A stretch of 64,000 bases of DNA from contig CM119372.1 of assembly GCA_051294905.1 (NCBI GenBank), forward strand, positions 38,070,001 to 38,134,000, read 5' to 3'. The notes below the pieces were generated by a model that searched no databases, was not told the DNA's origin, and saw only the letters and a list, made by a program, of their open reading frames with translations. The translations under genes were made by a program, and so were the position numbers. This stretch comes from Botryllus schlosseri (taxonomy: Eukaryota). How positions within the stretch are numbered: the stretch's first letter is position 1; each line of letters starts with the position of its first letter. Shown here in pieces: positions 36,629 to 49,821 of this stretch.

Positions 36629-37405
36629 GGTAAGTTGAAGGAGAAGCGTACCCGATCTCAGGCACCGCAAGACATCATGGGTAGCGTGGAAATTCTGGTG
36701 TATAAAAACCGTAACAAAGAGGCTTCGGAGTGTTTCGCAAAGCTGCGTGAAAAACTTGACAGTCAGTCACATCCGTCGGCGAACGATTTTCAAATTTTAT
36801 CTGAATCTTGCCGGACAAAAGGCAAGAATCCTGTCCGAGTGACTTTATTTCATTTTGCATCCGCACAGAAGGAAGAGAAAGAGAACCCTGACAGACTGGA
36901 TATGACAAAGAACGTACTTTGCTATATTGAAAAAATTTCTCGAATCGTTTATGAACTAACTGCATCCAAAAGTGAGGCGCTGAAACATCTTGTGAGTGGA
37001 GGAGCCCATGCTCCTTCTGTTGCCAATTTCCTAGTCACCATAATGGAAGATATGTACCGCCATATTTGTAAGACAAGTCCTAGCGGCTCACTGATTGAAT
37101 TAAAGCTGAAAACATTGTCAACCCTAGCAACGTGTTTCTACAAAGTTAATCAGTTGGATAAAGTCATCGCTTTGACGAATGACAAGAAATTTCACTGGGA
37201 TGCAATTAAGAATGAAGATACGGTGCGTTTGATTATGATCCGGGGAATGTCATTTAAGGAAAAGGGTAAACAACAAAAGGCGCTCTTAGCGCTTGAAGAG
37301 GCGAAATCGCTGGCAAAAAGACTGGAAGCAAAACAACTCCTTGATGAAATAGATCATGAAATTAAAGATATAACCAAGAAACCACCCATACTTAACATGA
37401 AATAA
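36629..37405 (+). CDS. Terminal coding exon; alpha-helical protein with TPR-like repeats at the C-terminus
   Basis: TTTCTATAG acceptor, 258 open codons. TLSTLATCFYKVNQLDKVIAL and LIMIRGMSFKEKGKQQKALLALEEAKSL fit the TPR pattern. AATAAA at about 38220. Confidence 0.75.
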   Translation, partial: GKLKEKRTRSQAPQDIMGSVEILVYKNRNKEASECFAKLREKLDSQSHPSANDFQILSESCRTKGKNPVRVTLFHFASAQKEEKENPDRLDMTKNVLCYIEKISRIVYELTASKSEALKHLVSGGAHAPSVANFLVTIMEDMYRHICKTSPSGSLIELKLKTLSTLATCFYKVNQLDKVIALTNDKKFHWDAIKNEDTVRLIMIRGMSFKEKGKQQKALLALEEAKSLAKRLEAKQLLDEIDHEIKDITKKPPILNMK

Positions 37406-38960
37406 CTGAACTGATATATGTATGTACCCCACATGTCTTTTACCCAGAGGTGATCACTGATCAGTAACGAATTACCTCTGCTTTTCACAAGTACAGAAGT
37501 TGGTTTTGCTGATTTACTCAAGTGGTTGGGTTTTTAGAATACTTCCCACTTCTACATAATGGTATTTAGTTTGAACTACTTAATTTTAGACTTTGTATTT
37601 TGTAAAGTAAAAAGTAGGTTTCTGCTATCTTTCAACCACGTGTATGAGGTACAATATAATGACATATGGGCAAAAGAGCGCCTGTAACATGGTTACGGAT
37701 TATTTAATTGTATTTTCCCAAGTTGCACCTATTTGTAGTGCCATCAGTCTTTTTTGCGTTAGTCGCGAAGATGCCGACTCCGGTTTTCAAATTACTTTTA
37801 CAAAATACTCACTTGAGTAATTTTGAGATCTTCATTTTCTAGTTATATTTGAAGTAGTTTTAACATGTCTTGGAAATCGCACCTGGGGTCGGCAACCCGT
37901 TTTACTCACGTACCGGTTTCAAAATGAATTTTTTTTACCGAGTGGTCTTCCAAAACGCAGATGTTCAACAGGAGCCCACTGCCCAGTAAATTAGTTACAC
38001 ACTTGTCTCGATAACAGAGATTAATTTGACAATTTTAAGTTCTTATCCACGATCATGGCCACTATGCAAAAGTATATGAACTGCTCGCATACTGGCACTG
38101 GTCTGCGGGAGAGAGATTCCCGACCACTGCCATACAATAATTTTACCTAGGCTCTATTAAAAAGATATGGGGTGTCTACATATTAGCACCAGTACCCTTA
38201 GCGAGATGTGACTTTTCTCAATAAAGCATTTGTTCGTTCTCGGCTTTGATCGTGATGACTTTTTCATAATTCTGCTCGCAGCTATTTTCAGTGCCTATGC
38301 CAACATGTGACATGTCACTGCTGGAACTTAAACTAGAATTTGTACACTGTTCACTGTTATGCAATTATCCCTAATAGGTGCAGCACACTCGATGATCACT
38401 TTTTGTGTCTTTGTCTTACAATTACTATAATAATCATATGTTCGTACCAATATTCATTTTACATCTTCATTCATGAACTACATTTCGCGTACTGGATCCA
38501 ATCAATTCTTATGTGCTGCGTTGCGTAAAATGTGAACTCGATGTTTCAATTTTTGCGATGATAATTATATATCTGTCAGTTACATAGTGCTCCTGTTTTC
38601 CAATGTTCTCAAGTGGGTTTCGTCTACTCCCGTAATCGAAAAAGGGGATACTTTTTACAAGTCACAGAAGATGAAGTAGCAATGTAGCATTCATTATTGC
38701 ATGAAATTTGGAAATTTTACTACTAATAATCAATGTTCCTTATGAGCTGCACACACGCTGCTGACAAAGTCTGCGCGCACAAAAAAAAATCTACCTGTGT
38801 TTCGAAAACAATTATCACTACATTTTTCGCAAAAAGGCACTGATGATCATCAGACCAATTTGATGACCATTTCAGATGTACAAATGTACACCATTAATTA
38901 GTAATCAGTAATTCGTAATCAGACGAAGCGAATATCTTTTTGTAGAAAATGTATTAAAAT

Positions 38961-39440
38961 CAGGGTTGTAACCAAGTCACATGGCTCCGAGTCACAAGTC
39001 AATCTCCCTTTTATAGTTTTGACTTGAGTCATTTTGAATTCACCACCAAGTCATCGAGCAGAGGGTCGAGTCCGAGTCATGGTATTATGACTCGAGTCCA
39101 AGTCATTGTGCTGACTGCTCAGTTTCCAGTATAAGTCGTAAACCCACTTTTTACAACTCTGTTTGGTGATATCGAATGGTTCGCATTGGCATTTATAATA
39201 TACTAGTTTTCCTCACTTTTAGCGGTTTCTGGTCGCATTTTCAAGTACCAGTACCAATGGACGAAATCCCAATAGTGTGGTTACTTTACTCTTCGAAATT
39301 GCAATGAAGTCTGAGTCTTATGACTTGGCTCGAGTCCAAAGCGAGTCAATACATAGATTGACTCGAGTTGAGTCATTTCCGTATTTTTAGAACTTGAATC
39401 GAGTCATCATAAAATCGTGATTCGAGTCATTAGAACCCTG
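38961..39440. mobile_element. GACTC-repeat hAT-like MITE, inverted copy of 18860-19411
   Basis: CAGGGTTGTAA...TAGAACCCTG with internal homology; degenerate TSD. Confidence 0.85.
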
Positions 39441-40547
39441 ATTTAACTATGCGATAAAAAATTCGAGTGTCACGCGCTCCTGTCCAAAGGACCGCGCAGT
39501 GAGTTGATAAGTTTTCGCAGACTCGTGTAAAATTAGAGGGACATTGCTGCTGATATTGATGGTTGTCTGAGGCTATAAAGGATGGCAATTTTTAGATTTC
39601 TTGAAAAAGGATGACATATGTTAACACTACTCATGTCGGCCAAGTGGATACTTTTTAGACTAGATCCATTTATACTTCACAACAGTTTTTGAAATCAAGT
39701 GGCTCACTCTTCACATTTCAGTTGTTTCATGGGCCATCTAGTCCTAAAATTGTTGGTTAAAACCGCATTTCTGAATATGTAGTGACCCTGATCGATACAT
39801 GGGTAGTACGACAAGAAGATAGTGTCTGTACTGTAGTGAAGACATAGTCGGTGTCGTTTTATCATTCCATCGTAGATTTCAACTGTGTAATTCAAATAGA
39901 TTGTGAATTGAAGCCGAAACTGCGCATCATGTGGAAGCAGTGTGACTATTGGTGGGTGATCTTGATCTATCATGTTTTCCACGTACTACCTTGGAGTAAA
40001 TATATTCATATTATCGACTCCGATGAGACTTGTTGCATAGTCACAATATACAATTCGAAAATGGGATGAAGGAAACGCCGGCTATTGTCAGTTCGGTCCT
40101 GAAATCATTATAAACAATGTAAGAGCAACATGAATTGATTGTATCATTAGATTGAATCTTCTGACCTCCTAACTTCAGTTGGTACAAGACATACTGTGTA
40201 CACATTGTACAGAAGGCCTAAATTGTACATACATCTTGCATACTGAAAAATTCTTCATCCATTTCTCTGTAGCATCTCATTCACCAAGGAAGCTGGTCCA
40301 GACCCCTGGCACGCGTGCTCAAATTAGCACGAGCGATGATTTTTCGCGTTGTGCCAAATGATTTGACCCAAGCGACATATTAGAAGTGAAACAGACATTT
40401 TCAAAATGGAAATTCATCACGCCGTCGTAACGGGATTTCAAACAACAGCCTTAGTTTTGTTGTTAATGAGCCGATATGCTACACCATGGGACGGCAACCC
40501 AAGACAAGTGGAACACGAGATGATTTCATGCAAAGTGGGTTTATAAT

Positions 40548-40964
40548 TAGGGTTTGGCCTACCATGTTTTGGAAATATGAAAAGAGGACATTTTTCAAAA
40601 TTTTCAGACTTATTGCAATACCGGAGGAAAATCATGAAAAAATGGTAATTTATTGTACTTCGTCGTCGGTCGACTGAAAAAAAGGTCAACTTTCTGGCTC
40701 AGCTCCCAAAATACAGTTTTTCTGTCACATTATCAGTTGGTTGACTAAAAAAAAGGTCAACTTTCCGGCTCAGCTCCCGAAATAGCCGCCGGAGCGTTAT
40801 CACTTCCGTGCTGATTTACCGTATCGCAGTCGAATTTAACCAAAATTCTCAAATAAGAGGGCAAAATCTCAAAAAAGAGGACAATTGGGCGTCGTTCGAG
40901 GACACTATCAAAAAAGTCAAAAAAGAGGACAAATCCTCTTAAAAGAGGGCGTATGGTAACCCTA
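40548..40964. mobile_element. TAGGGTTACCA-type MITE with AGAGGAC repeats
   Basis: TAGGGTTTGG..ACCATG / TATGGTAACCCTA termini; related to 49394-49821. Confidence 0.65.
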
Positions 40965-41337
40965 CCTATAAGAAAAAGATTTCAACAGAAAATGCCACAA
41001 CAAAAACGTTCTCTCTATCGACGGGTCACACGAGCTCTGCTGGCCGCCACGACCATCAACCAACACTATTCAAACTAATCAACGAGCAATCAATCGGACG
41101 CAAGCGCTATTCTCCGGTGTTTGGATGACTCGAGTCGCCATTTTCGAATGACTTGACTCGACGCATCAGAAATGTGGATTGACTCGTGACTCGGAGCAAA
41201 AGTCACGAGTCAATTTCAAGTCATCAAGTAATCCGTGTCGATATAAATCACTGTATCTTGCATATGTTCGGATTGTTGGCGAAACGCTGGTGTAACCCGT
41301 GAGAGCGACCAATCATTCAATTGTCGTACGATACACC

Positions 41338-41610
41338 GAGCCTCCAGATAGCGCAGTGGTATAATCCGCGGCTGCAACGCCAATGGGTGCGGGTTGGAGT
41401 CCGACTGAGGTCGCTTTCCGAATTCCGATACTTAGGTGTTGGAGGTTTACCTAGGCTCCTCCTCGCCACCTCGTCCGCGGTGTCTTACAAAAGGCTAGAG
41501 GTGGGCCGTGCTATAAGTCGGCAGTTACGGAAAATAAGAAGAATATCGGCATGGTGTTAAATGATCATAGTAGTCGACAAACACCATGAATACCCCAAAA
41601 ACAAACAAAC
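41338..41610 (+). mobile_element. tRNA-derived SINE
   Basis: A box TAGCGCAGTGG, B-box-like GGTTGGAGTCC at tRNA spacing, (CAAA)n tail. Confidence 0.65.
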
Positions 41611-41737
41611 TGCTCTCTCACAAATAAATTGATGGTAAACGAAGTGACCGAAGCTTACATCTTGAGTAGTCGTATACTAGAAGTAATATAATATAATAGC
41701 AAAATGTCTATTTCTGTTCTCTGTTCTTCCCTTGATC

Positions 41738-43411
41738 CAGTGGTTCCCAACCTTTTTCCACCCACGTACCATTTCGAGGTTTTATGCAGTGCTCGCGTAC
41801 AACCTACATAAGTTACGCGTACCTAAGCCGGTCAAAGTTTTTCTGCCATTTATGACTTCATAATGACGTATTTGTCCTATGCGAGGTATAATAAGAAATT
41901 CTATTTAACTATAGGCCAGGGGTCGGCCACCCCCGGCACGCGTACCATTTGTGGCACGCGAGATGATTTTTCATAGCACGCCAAATGATTTGACGGAAAC
42001 GAGATATTATAACCATGTATTGTAAGAAATGAAACAAAAGTTTTTTTAAACGTACAAAGCTCGTATAGGCGACCCCAAAGTATTTCGCAAATAAACATAA
42101 AATAGAGTCTTTTTGGCAGATTTTATTTATCTAGCAAAATTTTCCGCGCATTGCGTGATTTACTGGGACCTGATTTCGTTATTATATTTTTTTTCTAATA
42201 TGCATAATGTGCAGAAATGAGTCCACCCGTATTAGCAGTTATGAAAGAACGGCAATTTATAATATCGTATGAAAACGTTCGAACGCTTTAGTGCAGCCTG
42301 CGAGAGCACGACTATAGTATGCTATATGAACTGGCATTTCGGCGCTGGGCATTTTCACGCTAGGAGACTTGACCTGGACATAACGTTTCGGGGAAACATG
42401 CGACCATTCGACTCCGTGCGGTTTAGTGCGCTGTCAAAGTGAATGGCGGCGATAATGAATAAAATAACCGCTACATTCCGGCCAGAACGTTCGACATTGA
42501 TGTGTTCACTGTCCAGGCGCCAAATGGTAAATCCCCCCCAGCTTGGTCCCCGCGTATCAAATGAGGCCCCCGAAGATAATAATGAGTCCGGTTTCGGAAT
42601 TCGAATTTGGAATCGTGTTCGTCTCACGAAAGGAGATATTCTTTCAGTTTCGTCTGATACGTGTTATCGAAATATATCTGAAGCAACGACCTTGACCGCT
42701 TTACCGCAACCTTTCGAGCTTTGCAGACAAATCTGGTGCCAGACCAACCCTAATGTGACATCAAACCGACATGTATGATACTGGGGTGGGCACATTTTTC
42801 ATCATCAGGCCATATCATCGTAACAACATTGATGTGCCTGTCATTTATTGGCTATATGGAACCGAATACAGCGGACTTGGAAATGATCAAAGCAACCACA
42901 GAATAGGCTATCGATCAGCACAGCGCGACTAAAAATAAATGATGCAAATATTACGTATATTAAGCATATTACATATAGTGCGGGAGCGACCAAAATTTAT
43001 TCCTTTCGCGACCAATACTTTAAGATTCACTGACGTAACTGATGTCGTTGCCAGCTGAAATCAAGCGGTTGGTGAGACTCCTTGCTTGAAACGCTAAATA
43101 TGACAAAATTAAAAATGTTTGGCACGCGAGTTGGTAATATTTTGTCATTTTGACAAGCTGCATGTGAAAGGTTGCCGAGCCCTGAACTTGGCATTATCAG
43201 CCAGGGTTGATGGAATGCGTGGAATTGTCTTTTCACCACCAGTCGCAAGAAGAACAACATAATGAAATAACAACAAAAAAACTTAAAATCAACACCACCT
43301 GAACTAATAACTCCATTCGGTCGAAAAAAAAAAACAGAATCTACTCGCGTACCACCTGGCAGACCTTCGCGTACCACTGGTGGTACGCGTACCACAGGTT
43401 GGGAACCACTG
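41738..43411. mobile_element. Charlie-like hAT MITE; a further element (CAGGGGTCGGC...GCCGAGCCCTG, 41917-43184) is nested inside
   Basis: TIR CAGTGGTTCCCAACC / GGTTGGGAACCACTG; TSD CCTTGATC/CCTTAATC. Confidence 0.85.
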
Positions 43412-44077
43412 CCTTAATCCCTTATTGAAATTGAATTCGAATATAGTACATTGGCACAGGCTCGAATTATATCATATCAATTCGTAAATGGGTAATGTAT
43501 TGCATTATCAATTCGTTTCTTTATTCTCTATTCTCTATTTTGGCTGGTAACTATAAACTAAGGCTCTACGTTATTTAACAGTTCTACGTATATGTGAGCG
43601 ATACAGCGTCTTCTTGCGTTTAGCTGTATTCGCTCATCTATTCTGAATCGCTGATCACTCAATCTGTTTTTCAAACAGCTATCGAAATGCAATGACGTAA
43701 TCATGCCTCATACTTCGAAAAAGCAACTTGACTTGAATTGTGACTTGACTCGTGACTTGACTTGACTCGACTTGAATCGAGTCACCTTTGAAAATCGATT
43801 TACTTGACTTAACTCGAGTCAAAATGTGCAATGACTCGAACTGACTCGTGACTCGAAGGTAGTGACTTGATCCCAACACTGCTATTCTCCGCGTTCTAGG
43901 CTACACGAAATCTACGCAAAGATTTTTCATGGCACGCCAAATGATTTGACATACGCGACATTCTATAACCAAAGTTAACCATATGTCTACTCAAAAAATT
44001 TAAAAGAGAGAGATCAGATTTATTTTCGCCTGCACCATCGAGATCCTTTGACGATGGAGATGCGATACGACCTTTAA

Positions 44078-44250
44078 GCAAGATTATCTAGTCTGCACCA
44101 CCTTATTTTTCTCCTCCATGCTATCCGTGGATGCTGAGCGCCTAGCTGGATAGCCGCAAATACCAGTTTTCGAGTCTTTGGTCTGACCCGGCCGGGGATT
44201 GAACCCACGACCTACCGATCGAGAAGTTGGACGCATACAACCATTAGCAC
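44078..44250 (-). mobile_element. tRNA-derived SINE with a Meta-SINE-like central domain
   Basis: Minus strand: B box GGTTCAATCCCC, then GGTCAGACCAAAGACTCGAAAACTGGTATTTGCGGCTATCCAGCTAGGCGCTCAGCAT, resembling the Meta domain as remembered. Confidence 0.7.
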
Positions 44251-45279
44251 TGGCCGACATTTTTCAACTTTTTTATTACTTTTTTTCAACGTGATTAATT
44301 GAGTTGACCTAATTTGACAATGCTGATTCCGAATTTGCCGTCAAAATTCACTCATCACGTCACAATTGTTCGCAAAAATCGAATGAAATTTTTACTCAAA
44401 ATGGCTGTATCAAGGACGCTTATGCTTCAATACAGGCCAAGAGGTCCGTATTTGATACGAAATACATCCTGCAAGGCTTTTAACTTACTTAATTCGATTT
44501 GAGGTTTTATTATCTTAAACTACCCTCCAAATAATCGAGATCCGTATTTCCAAGAAATTTAGATACAATTTCCATGAAAGAATTTTATGTATTTTTCTTT
44601 CTAAATCTGTCTTGGCAATAAGAAATAGATGGTTTTTGGTGAGCGTTCTGATTTGAGGTCCAACAGATACACCCTCTTTAACGTTCTCGGAACTCAAGGG
44701 AATAAACTTATCGCGAATGTATTTAGAACGTGCACTCTCTTTGTTCAGAGCGTGTCAAAACTTATTCATGAGTTCCAGTTTAATATATAATGATGGACTG
44801 ATGGAAATACAACATTAGATCTGTCGATAACATCAGGCTCTAAAACATTTTACAGCCTGGTGTAAGATACTCCCTCAACGGTCACTTTTACTTTTGATTC
44901 GATGACTTCTACTGTCCCATTCACACGTGAAACAAAGATACTTTGTAGTTCTGGATCCTTAAACCAGTAGCATATTTATGAGTTCAAAATCAACGGAAAC
45001 TTTCCACGTATGAGTAGTTTGAGTACTATATTGCGAATTTGAGAGTAAATAATTTTTCAAATTTTCGTACGACTCCTTGATGCTGTAGTTGTATGAGCTA
45101 CACAGATAGAAGCACATTGAATTGTATTGTGCAACGAAACAGCTTTTAGACTCGAGGCATTAATAAGGCGAGGCGTCATTCACTGTTCTGTTCGCAATTT
45201 CTCTGCAAGATCTTGAACATCCACAAAATAGACTAAAGAGGATTCAGAGGCAAAGAAAGCGTGCATATATTCTCTATCA

Positions 45280-47860
45280 CAGTGGTTCCCAAATGGTGGG
45301 GAATTCAATGGTTTCTGGTGGGGAATAGACGCATTTGTTCAAAATTATATATAGGACAGTCTACATATTCACGGAGACACAAGCGCAACTACCGCTACCA
45401 GTTAACTGCTCTGGAATGTATGTAACGAAAATTATATTGCGTGCTGTTCACAAAACCTCATTTTAACTCTTGATGGCCAATCATGGGGTCGAAAACGCAT
45501 CCAGCACGACTAGTTTGACGTAAAATAACGCTATCGCGAAATTTTCAGCGTTACTGGTATCGGTTCACAATACGTTTCATGTTGCAGTTATAGGCGATTA
45601 TCGTGCGTACTGATGTGGTTGTGAGTCTTGTGTAGTCAAATCAGCAAATAGCTGCTCTGTTATGACAAAAATGCTGGGTAGTGGGGAACAAGACCGTAAC
45701 TGCCGCATCCCAAACCCCCCAATTGGGGGGGGGGCGAGCTCGAAGGGCCCAAAATTTATTTCGTGAATTAACATAAATTGAAGTATTTTTTGAAATTTAT
45801 GCCACTTTTTCAAACAAATTTCGCGCTGGGTGCGCGGTTTAATATTTCCAATTATCTAACTAGTGTGTACCCTTCCCCCACGAAAATACGTAGAATTTAT
45901 AGAAATGGAGATTTCAGCTTCGGCCATTACTGCGCCACGACGCACCAAGGCATATGAAGTTATAGGTCAGGTCATGTAACATATGCAACTCCGAGAAGTG
46001 TGCCAGAACGATCAGCAGCGAGAAGACCTTAGCCGAGACGGAATGCCCTTGTCGTGACCAGGGCTTCGGAGCAGCCGTAAATTTGTATTGCTCCAGCTCC
46101 GGCTCCGGAGCTTTCTTCTATCATACATCAGCTCCGGCTCCAGCTCCGGAGCAGCATTATTACCACTGCTCCGGCTCCAGCTCCGGCTCCGGCTCTGAAA
46201 ACTATCGAAGGTGTCTGTCTGTATCAGGGGTGAGCAACCCGCGGCCTGCGGGCCATATGTGGCCCGCGAGAAGGCTTTGAGTAGCCCGCGAGCTAATTTC
46301 ACATTATATTATCGAAATTCTGTTATATTATCGAAATTGAATTGCTCAGATAGTGAACTCGCTAGGCCAACCAAAAATATGATTAGTCTGGCCGCGGCAC
46401 TTGGGATGTTGATGACTGGACTAAAATATCAGTTTCGACGCATTGGCAGATCCAGGGTCCAGTCACATTTTAGTAAATCGTCGTATATTACAATAAACTA
46501 AAAAAACACTTTACTCCGTGCCACAGCATTAAAATTCTGATGCGGCGTTTTAACACTGGCACTGTACTCATTACAATTAGGCCATACAGCTCAATTCAAT
46601 GTTTAAATGTGCGATTATTATTCAACTGTAACTGTAGTAAGGGCAAAATGGGCGGATATAGCGACGTGATCAAGAGAAATTCGATTTGTACCAAATGGCC
46701 AAATGGTTTGACGTTCGCTATTGGTGCACTCGTTACCAGTCCATCCGGTGTCGATCAAGTTTATCGGAATATAATATTTTCCCGTTGAAACGAATCGAAA
46801 AATCGAATTAAACACTTTGCCATGCACATTGCGCCATGCCCATAACGAATTAATGCAGTATGCACATTGCACATTTACAAGTTTACGAAACAGATGATTA
46901 CAAATTGGAAATCGCGTATCAAATCAGTAGTTTGTCTCCAACATAGAATACTATGGGGTTTTGGCCTACTCTTCTGCCATCCCCTATTTAAGCTCGAAAA
47001 TCCTTACTGGAGATGACAATGATGCGCAGTAATGAATTGCAATTAGCAAGCATAATTGCATACTCGCAATAACACTGTCCACTTTCGCGGCCCGACTAAA
47101 GAACTATCACGAAAAAACGAGTATTTGCTTATCCGATTCATAGCAATCATGAGACGGAATTTCTCGGCTCGTGCTCGTCATATCGGCATGTGCAACGAAA
47201 TCACGTTTTATCATCTCTCCCATTTCGCGTAATACACAGTAATTATTATTTTCGAACCGTATACAATTGGCCAACAAGGTTGTGCTGATGATGAAATTTC
47301 GGGTATGCCGAATACCCACAATATTCACAGGCATATGTGGCATACTGAGGTTCGGCACTCATGTATGAAAATTGAACATTGAACATACGACTGCTCTGCT
47401 GTTAAACCCCCAGGAACATGGTTAGTCGGAAAATGTAGCGCCAAAGAGGAAAAGATACTTAATTTCGCGAAGGCCTGCTGTTGAATTCGCTGAACTCAGC
47501 AGATATGGTTGTTGCATTTATAATAGCATCTTATGAAATACGTCGGAGCCGGAGCTACCCCTCAAATAACTGGCTCCAGCTCCGGCTCCGGCTCCGGCTG
47601 AATTTTATATAGAGCTCCGGCTCCAGCTCCGGTAAAAATGCACGGCTCCGGCTCCAGGCTCCGGCTCCGGCTCCAAAGCCCTGGTCGTGACCCACAACTT
47701 CGATATATATACAATATACATATAAGTTTAATTGGCTAAATGGCTGGCGCCGAATGTTACTGTCCTGGCGATATAAGCCCCACAGGACAAATACCATCCC
47801 GCAGGAAAAAATTATTTGTCAGTTGAGCAATACCAATTTGAAATTGGTTGGGAACCACTG
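45280..47860. mobile_element. Charlie-like hAT element inserted in the Chapaev3 relic
   Basis: TIR CAGTGGTTCCCAA / TTGGGAACCACTG; perfect TSD CTCTATCA. Confidence 0.9.
46059..47683. mobile_element. hAT-like element with (GCTCCG)n subterminal repeats, nested in 45280-47860
   Basis: TIR CAGGGCTTCGGAGC / GCTCCAAAGCCCTG; perfect TSD GTCGTGAC. A further MITE fragment lies at about 46225-46430. Confidence 0.9.
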
Positions 47861-48504
47861 CTCTATCACGATGCCTATACGAGGCAAAAGTGGCATCGGT
47901 TCTAAGTAGCATATACGTTTGACTTTTAATCGGGAACCTACAATAAGAGTATCTCCTTTGACAAATTCAAATATATGACAAGGTCATTTAGTTCCGCTTC
48001 ATTCACATTTGTATAGCTGCATGCTGATCACCATCACACTCATACTGAGAACATTCTTCAGACAAAAGACCGTTCACCGAGAGAATCTGCTACAACTGTA
48101 GGGAAAACTTTTGAAGGCAATGAAATTGCGATATCTGGCCCATGATGAGTCAATCGGTGTCTCGTTACTTCTAAATCAATATGTTCAACTTATTTCGAAT
48201 CGATTTTTCCTGGTTTTCTTGAAAGTTCGTCCGAAGGAAGTAAAATCCAATGTGGTAAGGAGTCACCCAGTGATTCTCAAACTTGCTAGAGCGTGAGTGA
48301 AATAATTTCTCGCAATCCAAGCCTCACGCATCGAAGGACACGATCTCTAATGCTAGTGTACTGTACATTTGACGTAGGGCCTACCCCTACGTGTATGAGA
48401 TATTAGCAAATGTGCAGATAACCAGTATAGTAGACCTACGCTGCGCAGTTCCGTGAAATTTGATTCATTACAATAAATCATTAAATCCAGAGAGTTGACG
48501 GAAA

Positions 48505-48880
48505 AGATAGCGTAAATGGCGGAGCGCCCGGCTTATTGATCAGTAGGTCGTGGATTCAATCCCCGGTCGGGTCTGGGTCAGACCACTCAAAAGATTTGGT
48601 GTACGGAACATATAATACACGAGGAAGCTAGAAATTGCCACGTTTATGTATCAGTTCCATGGTGGCCACAGTCTCACCCATTTCAATGACTACTTCGCAT
48701 TGGAATCAAAAACGCACAACTACAACATACGTGCGTCCTTGAAGAACAACCAACATATGACCTGGACAGAATACAAGCAAGCGCAGCGCTCTTTCAAGTA
48801 TGCCCGACCTGTAGTGTTGAATATAGCATCTCACCTGCTATCTAACGGTCGTCGAGTATTTTAATAAAATGATGATGATG
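48505..48880 (+). mobile_element. tRNA-SINE head (48505-48585) followed by a decayed CR1/L2 3' fragment (48586-48880)
   Basis: A box TAGCGTAAATGG, B box GGATTCAATCC; then LKRFGVRNI..RKLEIATFMYQFH..HNYNIR and an AATAAA-(ATG)n tail. Confidence 0.75.
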
Positions 48881-49049
48881 AAAAACTTGCGTAACCGATG
48901 CCTGCTTGAGATACTCTGGTGGAACGACAATTGTGTCAAAAATATGAAAGATTGGCACGGCAGTTGGTATTTTATTTTTTCATTTTGAACCCTACACCCG
49001 AAAGATTGCCGACCCCTGGCCTAGACGATATGAAGGTAGGCAAAATCGA

Positions 49050-49206
49050 TACATCAGATTGTGGTCCGGTAATCTCGAGCATTGCTTGTTTTTTGACTTG
49101 AATGTGGACAAAGGATATGTTCCACGAGTGTCGGGTTGGCGTCGAAATACATTTCCACGGCTGATGTGACCCGACACACTTAAAAGAGCGATGTGTTGTC
49201 ATGTAT
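49050..49206 (-). mobile_element. Short decayed fragment of the 9524-10326 LINE family
   Basis: GTGGTCCGGTAATCT and GACTTGAATGTGGACA match 8087-8160. Confidence 0.65.
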
Positions 49207-49393
49207 AGGCCTAGTTATTGTTGAGGATATCGCCTAATAGTACTGGCGGTGACTTGAATTTATTCTCAACACTGTGAATCCCCTGGAATATCCTCAAGAA
49301 ATAGATTCGCGTATGCTGATTCGCCCGAACACTGTAACTCACTTGGACGTAATTTGTAGTTTCAGTTTCACGATAGTGGCTCGCCTTGTTGAG

Positions 49394-49821
49394 TAGGGCT
49401 ACCAATCTTACCATACGTCCTCCTTTAGGAGGATTTGTCCCCTTTTTTGGGGGGGAAATGAAAAATATGTTCTGAGGACGCATAAATGTCATCCTTTTTG
49501 ACAATACGTCCACTTTTATAGCTTTGACAGCCAGGCGATCGGACAGGCCCAACTAAAAAACGGCATAAATGACGCGAAACCTGGAATCTGTATGTCCGAG
49601 AGGGTCATTCGGAAGACGAGTTTTAAAATGACCTTATTTTATTACGTTTTAGAGCGGGTCTTTCGAGAGTCGAGTTTGAAAATGACCTTTTCATTTTTTT
49701 ATTCAACACAACAGTATTTCCCGTAAAGATTTTCAAATTACCTGTTTTCTCGTCCGATAGTATAAATTTTGTGATTTGTAAAAGTGTCCTCTTTTCCGTA
49801 TCTCAAGATATGTTAACCCTA
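49394..49821. mobile_element. TAGGG(T)TACCA-type MITE
   Basis: TAGGGCTACCA / TGTTAACCCTA; TSD TTGTTGAG/TTGATGAG. A related right-end sequence occupies about 1-228. Confidence 0.75.

Larger units (their letters stand above)
41115..43881. mobile_element. hAT-like element with GACTCG/GACTTG repeats, containing a SINE and two nested hAT MITEs
   Basis: TIR CGGTGTTTGGAT / ATCCCAACACTG; perfect TSD CTATTCTC. Confidence 0.85.
44248..48300 (-). pseudogene. Decayed Chapaev3-like (CMC superfamily) transposase, split by hAT insertions
   Basis: Relics across stops and frameshifts: EAELNDLVIYLNLSKE, VGSRLK, YRHRDRE | SLKAVSLHN, KESYENLK, CFTCEWDSR, IKLELMNKF, KEGVSVGPQIRTL. Possible CAGTG terminus at 44248. 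Confidence 0.8.

Noticed and set aside
39704..40098. Minus-strand exon bounded by TTTCAG and GTGAGC
   Set aside because: No single frame is open throughout and no domain is recognisable; at most a pseudo-exon.
41338..41415. Functional tRNA gene
   Set aside because: A and B boxes are present, but there is no convincing cloverleaf and a body with a (CAAA)n tail follows, indicating a SINE. The same applies to 44180-44250.
48505..48880. Novel chimeric SINE (tRNA head plus LINE tail)
   Set aside because: Sequence after the (ATG)n tail (AAAAACTTG...CCTGCTTG..ACTC) resembles the continuation of the Meta-like SINE body, so a LINE fragment inserted into a SINE is simpler. Copy number would be needed to revive the idea.
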